Shown: piece by piece, positions 37,918 through 50,930 of the stretch | Numbering within the stretch: position 1 is the first letter of the stretch | Layout of the letters: each line of letters starts with the position of its first letter | DNA from: Takakia lepidozioides | Lineage: Eukaryota > Plantae > Bryophyta | DNA length: 64,000 nucleotides | Direction: 5' to 3' | Assembly: GCA_030704615.1 (NCBI GenBank) | Contig: CM060734.1 | Coordinates: forward strand, 25,544,001 to 25,608,000 | The notes under the pieces: model-generated | Told to the model about the DNA's origin: nothing | What the model saw: only the letters and a program-made list of their open reading frames with translations | The model's database searches: none | Made by a program: the position numbers and the translations under genes

Positions 37918-38510
37918 GGCATGTTTGAGATAACGGTCTACGAGCCAACATAGTTCAGTGGCAAAAGTCTTGTTTGGGGGGTTGTAATGTTTGCAAGTAT
38001 GTGTTCGCGGCGGAGTAATTTCCCCATAACCATGTTAGTCCGTCGTTGGGGATTAGGCCAATGTAGTGGCCGTATTGAGCATAGATATTGGGAAAACGAG
38101 GGCCGATACATATCGTGGGGAGGTCATGCCCAATGTCTGTATTGGGGTTGCATTCGGTCGTGCATATGTGAATGTTGGGGGCAGTTATCGGGTTGTGTAC
38201 ATTGGGTGTCTACAGACTGGGCGGGGGAAACGTGCTGTTGATAGATGTATGTTAGGTAATTAATGTTGGTGCGTTTGTAAAAATTAGTAAGGAGGGCAAG
38301 GTTGTGGGCAGGATCACAATCATCGTGTGATCCAAAGAGGTCGTCTTCAATTTGCCATGTGTTGTCATCTGATGGGAAGCCAGCCCATTTACAATAGTAA
38401 AATGTATCTACACAGGTGGCTCCGAAGGGATCTATTGACGTATGGGTTTTTATTCCGAGGATAGCTTCTATGATGAAGGCATTGGGGTTTTCAGGGTTGT
38501 TTAGGCAGGT
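36835..38510 (-). mobile_element. Decayed non-LTR-like retroelement fragment (copy 2): chromodomain, MTase-like segment, RNase H
   Basis: FIIEAIL...YYCKWAGFPSDDNTWQ (38337-38477); YSSPLIC...FAS...DCIFG...AHPP (37540-37840); HYTDGS...ELMAIFEAL (36838-37107). Confidence 0.8.
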
Positions 38511-39982
38511 TGTGGGGCATTATGCCATGCCACACTTATGCCACAGATGACGTGGCTGGTGTGGCCGTGGACGTCTGTGACGTGGATGTTGACAAGGCCG
38601 CCATCATGTCAACGTGGACGTTGACATGGCGGGGTGTGGGAATGACATGGGTGTGTAATATCTCACACTTATTCTTATTCGGGATAGTACTCCAATACGT
38701 GGCACCCCCTGGATTGACGCGTGTAATAGCTGGAGTGTTGACACTTGGCACAATGAAATATGGACGTCTGTCTCCTATTAGGTAAGGCACGTGCCCTTGA
38801 CAACGTCTGTAATACATGCTACCGATGGCGACACGTGTCAAAAGGGGGAGGGTGACACATGTGGGTGGGTGTGGAATACGGTAGTGTGTGGTACTACATG
38901 TGGTGTATCTCACACCAATGTGAGGTTGTGTCCTCAGTTGCATAAGCGATACATGTCACAACAACATTGCAAGTATGTGTATGCATACAAATCTAACATT
39001 GCTACTCAATTCGATAGCCATACATACATGCTATATGCTGACAACACACCAACAAGGGCAGATAATACTTAAAATCAGAACTAAAAGGAGACGATGACCA
39101 AATAAATAAAAATTGGCACTTCATTTCAAGATCATAATCCGATTCTGAATAACCAAAACAAAAACCAGTGTGACACAGCAGAGTTTCGTAACTTAATATT
39201 CACCAATATTACAAAATAATTCGGATTTATTTATTTATTTTTGCATTAAATTTCATTTCTATGTGCCCACATCAGAAATATATATACGACGACACTGCAC
39301 ACCTGAAACTGCACACATTTCTTAAATGATCCATTTTAGGTGTTTCTACCTTACTGACCACAAGAAAGCCATGCCATAAACCAGCATATTAACCATCGGA
39401 AACACAAAATCCCTCGTTATGAACTATTTGTAACACTGACCACCTTCACCCGGCTTCACAGAGGGCATGTACCTACAAAACGAAGTGCTAGAGGCAAGGT
39501 TCCATCCTATGAAACTAATTTCAGGAATTTGCCTGACCAGATACTAGAGCCTCTGTACAATTGGCTTTTGCCACTAGCGATATCCCAATCTCAGGAGGGG
39601 GGGGGGGGGGGGGGGGGGGGTCATTCAGCCCATACACAATTGCAATCTTGCGTTTGATGCACTTCAATTCTAATCTAGTCTTCAAAGTATTGAACATGCA
39701 AAAGAAAGGTTGAAAGACACGGTTCCATCTTATGACAACACTTTGAGGAAAGTTGCAGACCTCATAGTGTTGTTGTTCATTATGTCGCAGAAGATGTATG
39801 GAGGAATCACTTCAATGTCTGGGCTGCCTCACTTTACTGAATCAAATCGAAGTTTTGGAACACAATAGCAATGTCCATCTTACTTTAGGATAAGGTCCAG
39901 ATTATTCATCTCAAGCAAACAATCTTGTTCAAGACCTGACTTCAAACTTGCAGAATATTCACTCTACGCCACATCTTTCTCT

Positions 39983-40061
39983 ATCGCGGTCCGAGAGAAT
40001 ATCCTTTGGGAGTCCATGATGTTTGAAGACGTGGGCGAAGTAAAGTCGCCCCGTCTCCTGC
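39983..40061 (-). mobile_element. 80-bp chromovirus integrase fragment (ETGRLYFAHVFKHHGLPKDILSDRD)
   Basis: Matches ~19929-20007. Confidence 0.88.
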
Positions 40062-40974
40062 CCGCAGAGGCAACTCCGAATCTGAGGATGGTGCCTTTTG
40101 TTGAGAGGGGAAAGCATGGGGGGGAGAGGGGTAGCTCACATACCAAGAGTGATGTAGCTGTAGCTGAGAAGAATGGGGGGAATGTGTGCCTGCATTAGTG
40201 TTGAATTGGTTTGATGAGCTCCTTGCAGCACTGGAGTCAGCCATCTTCGGTTGGTGCCACTCAACACGAGCCTCATCGCTCTCTAGCCTTTTCATTGTAC
40301 TTCGTCGGCCGCCACTAGCAACCTTAAGCCGCTGATGAGCCTCCACGCTGTTGAGGCGCCATAGCACAGGGCATCTGGGAACGGTATGGATTCTGCCGTT
40401 AATCTGGTTCCAAAGGGGGCTCGGTGTTGGCTGGAACAGAGTGGCCGGTGGAATCCGTTGCGCCGGGGATCTCGTGCACAACTCCAGCCTTTGCACGCAC
40501 ATGATGTGGTGTGTTGTAGGGATAGATTCGTCCGTGAAAAATCGCACTAGGGTTGATATGTTTCTTGTGCTGGTCAGTTTGGGATTCCAGGAGTGGGGGC
40601 TGGTTTGGGCGGCACTGAGAAGTAGCAAACTGAGCAAAACTTATACAGGTAAAGAGATGGAATGAGAGACCTGCATCCACCTTGTGGTGGGGATTAGTCA
40701 GTAAAATCGACTCTAAAAACGTCAAGAGAGAGAGCTTAAAAGATGCGCAAGGGGATGAGTGTAAGAGGTAATGTCAGAACGAGAGATGAAACGGCGAGAG
40801 CGCCTTGTGAAGGCACCATGGGCAAGCGCAGGAGCTATGGCGGCTGCCATGGCTAACTGTAGAGAGTTGGACAAAGTAGCGATACTGCTAAACAAGAGAA
40901 CTAAGATGAGAAGATTAAGAATTTGGCGGAACCCTATACAGTTAGTCATAGCTAAAAGTGTTACTAAGTCACAG

Positions 40975-41651
40975 TGTCGCGCACCTCACTTTGGTAAACT
41001 CCCCTTCAAGTCATAGTACTCGCTTTGATGCGCGCGCCTAACTCCCAAACTGGCCGCCGGGCCAACTCGGAGCTTCGGCTGCTCACCGTGGCATAACAGT
41101 CCCCCTTGCGCCTCCAAAAGACCCTCCACCACTTTGGGCCTAGTGGAAATTCTCTTTAGTAGATGGCAGTCCGGAATAGCTCCCCACACCTTGGTCGCTT
41201 TCCGGCTCGCACGCTTACTCACTAGCTTCTGGTCACCAACGGGCTTGCACCGTTCTCGGGGTTACTACTCCCTATACATACTTCTGTAGGTGTCCAGGGG
41301 GGTTTCACAAACAACACAGTCTTTTTATGGTGAACCACCACGAAGACCCTCAACCTTCTGTGGTGAGTCGCGGTGAGTCTTGGCCCACCCACCACGGCCC
41401 CAATGGACCGCGATGAGTCCCAAGACTCCCTACGACTCCCACCACAAGGCCTCAGCCTCGTGGTGAGTCCTATGCCACCCCCATTACGACTCTCTAAGCT
41501 ACCACCACCCCTCGTGGAGCCCCCACCACCGCAACCCGGTTTACGGGGCTCCACCTAGTAAGCGCCTCCGCCACCTTGAGTGTCGAAGGCACTCAAGGGT
41601 GCTTCAGCCCCCCTTTCCTATTTGTTGCCGCTGCCCCCACCACAGGGGCAG
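40975..41651 (-). mobile_element. Older chromovirus LTR interrupted by a second copy of the same family
   Basis: TGTCGCGCACC start; more diverged; lacks the last ~50 bp where the next LTR begins. Confidence 0.9.
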
Positions 41652-43931
41652 TGTCGCGCACCTCACTTCGGTAAGCTCCCCTTCAAGTCATAGTTACTTG
41701 CTTTGATGCGCGCGCCTAACTCCCAAACTGGCCGCCCGGCCAACTCGGAGCTTCAGCTGCTCACCGGGACATAACGGTCCCCCTTTGCTCCTCCACAAGA
41801 CCCTCTCTCAATTTGGGCCTAGTGGAAATTCCCTTTGGTTGTTGGCAGTCCGGAACAGCTCCCCACACCTTGGTCGCTTTCCGGCTCGCACGCTTACTCA
41901 CTGGTTTTTGGTCACCAACGGGCTTGCACCGTTCTCGGGGTTACTACTCCCTATATATACTTCTGTGACTGTCCGCGGGGGTTTCACAAACAACCCAGTC
42001 ATTTTATGGCGAACCACCACGAAAACCCTCGATTCCCGGTGATGAGTTGCGGTGAGTCTTGGCCCACCCACCACGGCCCCATTGGGCCGTGATGAGTCCC
42101 AAGACTCCCCACGACTCCCACCACAAGGTTTCCGCCCCATGGTGAGTCCTATGCCACCCCCACTAAAACCCACTAAGCTACCACCACCCCTCGTGGAACC
42201 ACCCCCACCGCAACCCGGTGTGCGGGCTCCACCTAGTGAGCGCCTCCGCCTCCTTGAGTGCCTTGGGCACTCAAGGGTGCTTCGGCCCCCGTACCTATTG
42301 TTGCCACTACCCCCACCACAGGGGCAGCCCCTCTTGTGTCCTGACCCCCTGCCCTCAAGGCAAAGGGCCGCGACACACACCCTACCAACAGGGAGTCGAT
42401 GTCCTCATCGACTTGTCCATTTTGTAGAAACAAACATCCAAGTTGTGGCGTCCCACATCAAGGAGTTTGTTTCCGTACCATGGTGTCCCATGGCAAAGAA
42501 CCAAACCCCCACTTGACTCTACTCTCCACTAGCTAGTTTGGCCGACTTCCTCCAAGTCCCGGCCAAGGGTGGAGCCTCTCCAGCTCCACCCAGTGCACTC
42601 TTCTTGGCCCACTTCAAGGCCAAGGAACGATCCTCCCCGAGGATTGAATCGCCTTACTGCAACAACATTGCTTGCGATCGCACATGATACCGCTTTTGGC
42701 ATCACCTTGAGCAAGGATTCACCTTGAACCCTTTTTGACTAGGAAGACAACCTTGAACCAACCGCGCGCCCCAATCGCTACAATTGGGTCTGCCTTGGAA
42801 TGCTGGCCTGAGATACGGGAACACGCCGAAGCCGCACTACAACTTCGTCCCGAGGTTACACGATTATAGTACGTGAATGGAAGCACGTTGCTTCCGCGTT
42901 AATCCGCACTACAAGACAACCCCCTCGGTAGCACAGTTATAGTACGCGTACGCGCCAGGTGCGCACTAGCACGTGAACTCCCAAAGAAGGCGCAAGTTTT
43001 CCTTGCCCTTTGGATGGGAGTCACCCGATTTCGGCATTGCGCAAACACACGATTAATCCAATTCACCTCTCCCACTTTTGTAAGCTAGCATGCATTCTAC
43101 ACATTAGCCAACCATACCATGCATCACCATTCCAAACAAAATAGGAAGCACAACATTTGGAAACCATTTCATTTATAACAAAATTTGTACAACACAAGTT
43201 TTTGCAATCGGATAACTGAGCTAGCTAAGCCGGCTAAGCATGTATTTCCTCTCCCACGATCCAAGGTTGATGTCCCCATCAACGCTTCTTCCGCTTTTGA
43301 GGTCGCCCTTCGAAAGTTGCAACCGCCTTGGATGCGTTTCCCATTTCTGAGACACGCACCTAAGTTGCCTCCACTTGATGATAGCCCTTCCATTTCACGA
43401 GATACTCCATTTCTGGATTCTTGAACCTCCTTGACTTAAGCACTGCCTCCACCTCGTACTCAGGCTCATTTTCATGATCCAACAGCACAGGTGGCCGATG
43501 CAACACTTGATGCTGATTCGGACGCGCTTCATCTTTGAAGTAAGGCTTCAAAAGGGAGACGTGGAATGCCGGATGCACCTTGCTGTTTGCCGGCAGCTCC
43601 AATTCATATACATCCTCATTCATAACCTTCCGGATGCGGAAGGGCCCCGCATACGGAGGTACGAACTTCGGACTCACTTCCGGAGGTAGTCGAAAATTCT
43701 TGATGTTCAACCAGACCTCTGTGCCTGCCTCAAACTTAACTTCCCTCCGCTTCCGATTCGTCTGCCGTTCATACCGTTTCCTAGCTTTGGCAATGTTGTA
43801 CTTTGTGAGCTTCAACAAACGCTCGCGTTCTTCCAGCACCGCTGCTGCTGCCGGTTCCTCAACGTCTTGGGCAGCCCAACTTGTCGGCACCATAGGTGCT
43901 TTTCCATAGACCAATACAAAAGGGGAAACTC
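41652..43931 (-). mobile_element. 3' part of a second chromovirus copy (integrase C-terminus, chromodomain, 3' UTR, LTR 41652-42375)
   Basis: Collinear with 17434-19706; abruptly truncated at VSPFVLVYG. Confidence 0.95.
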
Positions 43932-44554
43932 GCAAACCTTGTCACTTCTAGACATGAAATAGTGGGATTCCACAATGCACTCTCCTCTTTTGAAGAGCCT
44001 AAATCAGATTTCCAACTTCAAGCTTTGCTTGGAAAATAAATGAATCACATACACAAATGGTGAAATGGTAAGATGGGATCAACCTTTCTATGCGAGAGTG
44101 CTTGGGATGCTCTATCGACTCAAGTAATGGTACTCTATGCGGCCTCCACTTGGGCTCTCGTCCATAAGTCCACACCAGCCTCTCCTACTCGTCCTCAAGT
44201 CACTTTCCTCCACATGAAATTGCCCTCTTCCTTCACAAATGAAAATGGCTCAAAGGCCCACAAGCTAGGCCACTTGCCTTAGCTTACAAGAATCCTACCT
44301 AACTAGGGAGCTTCAAGCTCCACTCCCTAGGATCTAGCCTCTCCTCAAGCCAAAAACTATCAAGCACTACAACAACAAGCAAGAGGAAACTAAGCAAATG
44401 AGCTAGATGAAGAACAAGAGAAGCCTTGCCCCTCTTTTATACTGTTGTTGGGCTTAATAGACTAATGGAAAATATTCATTAAACTATTGTTTCCTTGGAG
44501 GATCTATAACATACTATTCCACATGGATGAAAAGTCTTAGAGGCAAATGAAAGC

Positions 44555-46140
44555 TGGATTTTCATCCATCCAATTGGATGACCAGTTGGCACGAGTTTTC
44601 ATTTCATCCATCCAGCTCCTCAAGGCGAATTCCAGGATTTTTCATCCATCCAAGAAGTAGAAATGCAAATAATAGGCCTTGTGAGTGCCGTCGACTCAAT
44701 AATTTGGCCCCGCCGCTAATCAGCTCCATAAATCACCAAACTTGGTGACAAACTACAATTATATACCTTGTATCAGCCTGTAAATTCTCAGCTCCATCGG
44801 TGGTAAAAAGTTGTGCTTCTCGCCATTCGTCGTATTTTCGCTACACACAGACTTTGTGGTATTTTTGGAAATCAAATCCCTGGTGATGGCTCTGGGTCTT
44901 TGACCCTGCCACTGAGTCATAGGTTGTCCGGAGTCCCCTCCAGTTGTCCCGCACCGCTAACAAGTCCACGCTTTGCCGTTTGAAGTCGTCTTGACCTGTT
45001 GTCATTCCGATGCGGCCAATTGCTTTGTTGCGATATTTCATTGCTATACATGTCGCTTCCACCAATTGCCAAGCTCCTCGCCGTGTGTTCCTACTGGACT
45101 TGAAAGGCGGGAGAAAAGAGAGATTGCAATCTGGGACTGGAACAGTTGTCATGTATTGTTTGAACATGATTAACTTGTAGTTTTGGTACCGAATTGGCAG
45201 CCTAATCTGCTGTCGATGCAGCTTCCTACGGTCATCTTGACGCTAGAGTTCCACTCCATGGTCGTCGCAGACACTGTCTAATTTCCTACGTGCTTCACCA
45301 ACGATTTCCAGACAACTAATAAACTAACATGTTTTGGCAGTACAATGCCGAAACCGCTTGTCTTATGATAAAAAACGATCTGAAAAGAAAAGTGTACCAA
45401 TATATGCATCTACATCTTTGGCGACCTATGGGGAAGACTCGTCCCGAGTGTAAGAGAATCCAGGATCTCTGGTTCGTAAAAATCCCCCTACTAGGGTATC
45501 CCTAATATCCCTTGGAATCAACGACTCCCTTGAGTAAAGATAAGAATAATTCCCCTCGGGCTCTTCCTCCTCGGAGAGAGTTCGAGTCTTCCGGGAGAGA
45601 GGAGGAAATAAAAGCAAAAGCCAAAAAAATGTTTCAAAACCACCCAGCTCGCCCTCTTCGGAGAGAGTTGGAGTTCCCAGATAAAATACTTCAAAACCGC
45701 CATTCTCCCCCCACCGGCTGTTCGAATCCCTAGATTATATAAAGAGATATGCGCGGTGCAAATTATGATTCTCTCTAAATAACCCGAGAAGGACTTTGGT
45801 TCGAACCTACTTGACATGGCTTGCAGGACCCCTCTCATGTATGTGCATATCTCATGGTAAATCTCTCACTGCGAACTACGACCTCGACTCGAATCCGAAA
45901 GGGTCTAGAAGCTGTCGTGTTCCACAAAAACTGACACACCCAATCCTGCAATACCCCGGTGAAAGTGACAAAGGGTTTAAGGTTTAGAATCCCCCGTGCG
46001 GGAAGTCGTTGTACTCCATGCAGGGAGCATCGTATACTGTCAGAATTCTTGATACAGCAACATTTACTTTTCTCGATATATGCGTTGAGCAGACACAGAT
46101 AGACTCTGTGATTAAAAAATAAAATAAAAATAAAATGATG
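44555..46140 (-). repeat. Unclassified dispersed repeat, copy 2
   Basis: Inverted copy of 5740-7640, lacking ~5914-6300. Confidence 0.88.
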
Positions 46141-46142
46141 AG

Positions 46143-48800
46143 CCTATCTACAAGGTCATTCCATGTGGACTTTGCAACGCACCAGCCACGTTTCAGCGAA
46201 CAGTATCTGAGATATTCAAGAATTATCTCAACGATTTTATGCAGGTATTTTTTGATGATTTCAGTGTCTTCGGATGGTATTTACCATTTCATGTACACAG
46301 TGATGCATCAGGCATTGCTTTGGGGGCAGTTCTGGCTCAGAATGTGACGGGCACAATAGTGTGATGTTTGCCAGAGGATGGGACTAGTAGAACGAACTAG
46401 GAAGGGTAGCTAGCACCCAATACGACCAACATAACCATTTCAACGATGGGGACTAACTTTGTGGCCCATTAAATCTCAGCAAATTCAACATAACCATACA
46501 TCCTCACAAGCCACTTACTACATTACCAAATGGGTAGAGGCCAAGGCACTAAGAGACAACACTGCCAGGTTGACAGCCAAATTCTTATATGAAAACATCA
46601 TCACACGATTTGGTTGCCCACGGAATTCGTCAGTGATCAAGGATCACCTTTTATGAATGATGCCATAAAATGCTTGACGGAGGAGTTCATGATCGTACAT
46701 CACAAGAGTATTGCTTACTATCCCCAAGGAAATGGCCAAGCCGAATCTACCACAAGATATTTGCACTATCTTAACCAAATAGTAAATGCCAATCGTACAG
46801 ATTGGGACAAACCAAATGAACACAGCACTATGGGCATTCAGGACATCAACAAGGTGACCACGAAACATACACATTTCAACTGTTGTATGGAGCAGAGGCA
46901 CTATTCCCATGAATGCGTGATACCCCCACTACGAAACGGAACCATAAACGATGGGGTTTAGAAATCTCTACGAGTCAGGGAACTGAGTTATTTCATCTGG
47001 AAGAAGTTCGGGCAGACTCTGCAGATACATGGCATGAATCAAGAACAAAGAAGAAAAGAATATCCTAAGGGAAAAAAAATCTTTCCAGGACGGGAAATTG
47101 TCTTCTGGTTACCAAAATCAAGAAATCAAACTGGGAGGAAAATTGAGAATGCCATGGATGGGACCATTTCAAATCAAACACGGTGAATCGGCATGTACTA
47201 AGACAGGTGGCAATACGAGTTCAGGGCACCACTACGGCTAGACCACCATTCATTTGGGGACAACATTACCACCCCGTATACCGTATGGTGAACCGTGGCC
47301 AACACATATGCCCTACAGAACCGTGAATGAATACGAACAGCCAACGAGTCACTGCTTGTGTTAAACTCCGAGATGTACGCTCCAGATTACCCCACCGACC
47401 GTGGTAATCATACACCAAACGAACCCCACACCTTTTCTTCCGCAAACTGGAAATTGCCGTCTACACATTTGCCAGTGTGCTTCATACTGCTTTTGATACA
47501 GGAATTGGTGCTCCAATTCCTTACAACAACAGCAAAACTAAGGGAAATGGCAGGCACCAAGCGGAAGACACCAAGTTCTTATGCGCAAGTGAATTTCAAA
47601 ATCAGCCCGGCGTTGCGGAAAATCGAGCAGGACACAGAGACACAAGAGACGTTGGACAGTCTTGGCCTGCGGTACTTCATCAGTATTCATATCAGGGGCC
47701 GAGTCTGATGAGAGGGAAAAACAGGTAGATTCAGCCATATTGTTGAACACTCCCTCCACATTTGGCATACATGTCCACAAGGGTATTGTTCAGAATTACA
47801 TTTGGTACATTTCCAGCTTTGACGATGCAACCATGGACCTCTTTGCCCTTTTCCAGGGCTGGACTGGAACCTTAAGCACGATGAGCTGTGCAGGGAGTTA
47901 ACACTAGCACTCGAAGCACAAATGTCCGTGACACACAGATTCTATTGACGGAGAAGTATTTGGCGGAAGTGTTTCACCTTCCCAGTCTGGACGTACCGGC
48001 GCACAGCGGCAAACCACACCAAGGTTTGTACTTGTGGACCTGTTTTTTGAGAATCTCACCAAGCCGATCAGGGCTACACATGCAGTCACAGCAAAAACCC
48101 CGGCTTTAAAAAGATAGCCCCGGTACTTAGCACGTTGTTTTGCCTCAGGAAAAACCACAGCTATTGCACCAAAGAGCTAATCAATCAAGTGTTGATTTGC
48201 CTCAATGGGCAAATCGTGAATTGGGCAGGCTTCTTATTGAAGAAGTTAACCCAAGAATTGACCAGGTTAACAAAGAAGAAGAAGGAAGCAACGGTTACAA
48301 TGGTTACTCCCCTGTTACTCCAAATGATTTGACACACTGTACACTTGACAGCAGAAGAGCAAACGACGTTGGGAATCATGCAGTGGGCAGAAACGATGGA
48401 GGAGGAAGGAAGCGAGACGGCAGCAAGTCAAGAGGAAGAAGAGGGCGGACTTGCAAGAGAGCCCGATCAACGAAGCAACCACAAGTGCAATAGCAAAAAA
48501 CATCTTCAACTCGACGGCTAATTCCACACTGCAGAGAAAAAAAAAGAATCAACAGCCAGAAGGAGGTAACCAGCCGCAGACCAATGAAGCAACACCCATG
48601 GAAATTGGCCAGGTTAACACCAAAATCTAGCAAACAACACCTGTAGAGGCCAACAACCAAGGAACAGAGGAGGGTTCCATAGTGGTGCAGGCAACAGCAG
48701 GTGGTGCAAGAGGTACAAAGTCAGCAGTAGCAAGACAATAATTCCAATTTGGAATTACTACTCGCACAACAGGTCCTGGATACAACAGCATGAGACATAG
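46143..48800 (+). mobile_element. Heavily deleted non-chromovirus gypsy remnant (RT, RH and INT pieces plus a 3' extra ORF)
   Basis: GLCNAPATFQR, HVHSDAS, TKWVEAKALRDNTA, WMGPF; extra ORF remnants at 47547-48330. Confidence 0.85.
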
Positions 48801-48813
48801 GTTTGGAAGAAAC

Positions 48814-49570
48814 TGTTAGAGGGCTGTCTGGGACTTAGATATTTTTACGGGTTCTGCGGGGTACCCTTATTTTTTGCGCAGACTTACGGATGATAGACTT
48901 AGACCAACACAGACCTTAGGGGTGACAGACAGGCTTACACAGTCAGTCACAGCCTTACACAGTTAGATACCGCTTGACACAACTTGTCACAGTCTTATAC
49001 AGCTTGTCACAACCTGACACGGCCTTACACAGTCTGACACAGCTTGTCACAGCCTTACACAGCCTATCACAGCCTATCACAGTCTGTCACAACCCGACAC
49101 AGCCCAACACAGCCTATCAGAGCCCAACACAGTCAGTCCCTGCCCGACACAGCTCGACACAGCTCGACACAGTCCAACACAGCCCGACACAGTTTGGCAC
49201 AGCCCGTCACAACATTCACAGGGAACGGTTATTATTGGCAGGGGACGACTGTGTGGGAACGACATCTGCAGATGAAACGTGCATTCTTTCTTGAATGACA
49301 GTTAGTTAGTTAGGCGGTTAGCACAGTTTGCAGGACAATAGGCAGAGTAGCAACAGGGAGGGAGACACTTCGGGGATCATGACTTGGTCATCGGGGAGGA
49401 AAGGACGATCTGGAGCAGAGGGATGGAGAGTGCAGTGGAGGAGGAGACACGATCTGTTTTGCTTCTTGATGAATGCAAGCTATAGAGTTGTACTGTAGAA
49501 CAGACTAGAGACACCATGGCTTCGACCTGATACTTGATAGATATTAATCTAATACATACTTCATACTCAC
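48814..49570 (+). repeat. Probable LTR containing a ~10-bp period ACACAGYCYG minisatellite (48905-49215)
   Basis: TG start, lies between two gypsy interiors, similar repeats at 56750-56860; no PBS found and the end is uncertain. Confidence 0.5.
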
Positions 49571-49772
49571 ACTATGTAGAGAGACCTGAGTGAAGCTGTG
49601 GAATGAATGGATGAGTGGATGGAAAGATTGCTGAAGCAATCTGATACTTAAATATAGACAGTGAGGTAACGTGCTAATATTAATGCGAGAAGGAATACAA
49701 ATAGGAAGCAACCCCATTGAAACCCATGAGACACTAGCTTTAGGTCATGATTGATTGTTCTGAGCGGGCTGA

Positions 49773-50930
49773 GTGCTTAGAGATATCCAACTCTTCTATC
49801 TTGGAGTTCCCACCTCGGATAGCGAAGGGATGTGCAGAATTCAAGCATGTCATCCTGACGAGGTGATACTTTGTGAGAAAGTTGGAGAACATCACGTCGC
49901 GGTGCTCGTTACAAGGATTTTGAATGGCGGTTCGACCACTCTCATGTGTATCGTGAATTGGCCATTGACGCAAATTTGGTTGATTGATAGTGGTAGGATA
50001 TTGTCACATGAGCTTCATAGGTTCATCAATAGCCGGGAACAAACATATATTGGTCACAACAAGAAAGATGTGAAAAAACCAGCATTCCGGCATTTCAACA
50101 GACAAAAAAAAAGCCGCTCGACATTTGGCGACCATACTGGGGAACTGAGTCAAGAACAACCAGATGTGATAGGCATCTGGTGGGATCATGGTGGTTGGAG
50201 AATCAAAAAATTTGATGTGAATCAAATTCCCTGTGGAACTGAGAAAGAAAGATTGTCTAAACAATTCTTTCAGATGTTCTTGGAATTGCCAGACGGTTGC
50301 AAAGAAAACATTCTTAAGAGAGTGCATGATGCTGATCCTGAGTGGGGTCTGGAGAAAGGAGTGATAAAGATTTATCAAGTGGCCTGTAGAGGGAGAGCAA
50401 GTTGGTTACCAACGCTGGTTTATGTGATAGCATTGCTATCCATTAAACGAGTGGAGTTTTGAAACTGGGAGGAACGGAAGGTGAATGTTTACACTCACAT
50501 GCATGAAGAACTTGTACTAGTAAAGAATTGGATTCCTAAGGATATCATGTGGATCAAACTTACACCAAGAACAGCTTTTCAGACGTGCTTGCCATATGGT
50601 TATATGGTAACGGAGTCTTCTAGTATAGCCAAGGGTGCATTAAAGCTTGAAAGAAATCCAGGCATATACGAGAGATACTACAGAAGAGAGTTTTGGTTAT
50701 TGCCTCTTGAAAGCTAATTATCCATATCTTTGGGAGAGAGGAATAGACATAGGGGAATCATCTGGACCTCTCACACCATTAAGACCAGAGAGTACATCAC
50801 CCATACCGAAGAACCAAAGTGGATGCCACTCCTTCTTATTCTTTACAAGAAAGATTAAGGGATTTGATATAGGAAGAAGATCAGCCACGAGGGGAAAGAT
50901 CTGAGGTACATCCCTGGATTAAAGATTTGA
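49773..50930 (+). pseudogene. Composite: CACTA TnpA-like fragment (to ~50110) fused to a 5' extra ORF preceding gag
   Basis: CRIQACHPDEVILCEKVGEHHVAVLV...WPL resembles the En/Spm TnpA C-terminus; the same frame continues through stops at 50460 and 50715. Confidence 0.4.

Noticed and set aside
40062-40974. 5' part of the chromodomain/MTase/RNase H element
   Set aside because: Similar composition and strand, but no endonuclease or RT motif links it.
43932-44550. LTR of another family on the minus strand (TATAAAAG-like motif)
   Set aside because: No second copy, PBS or defined ends in the window.
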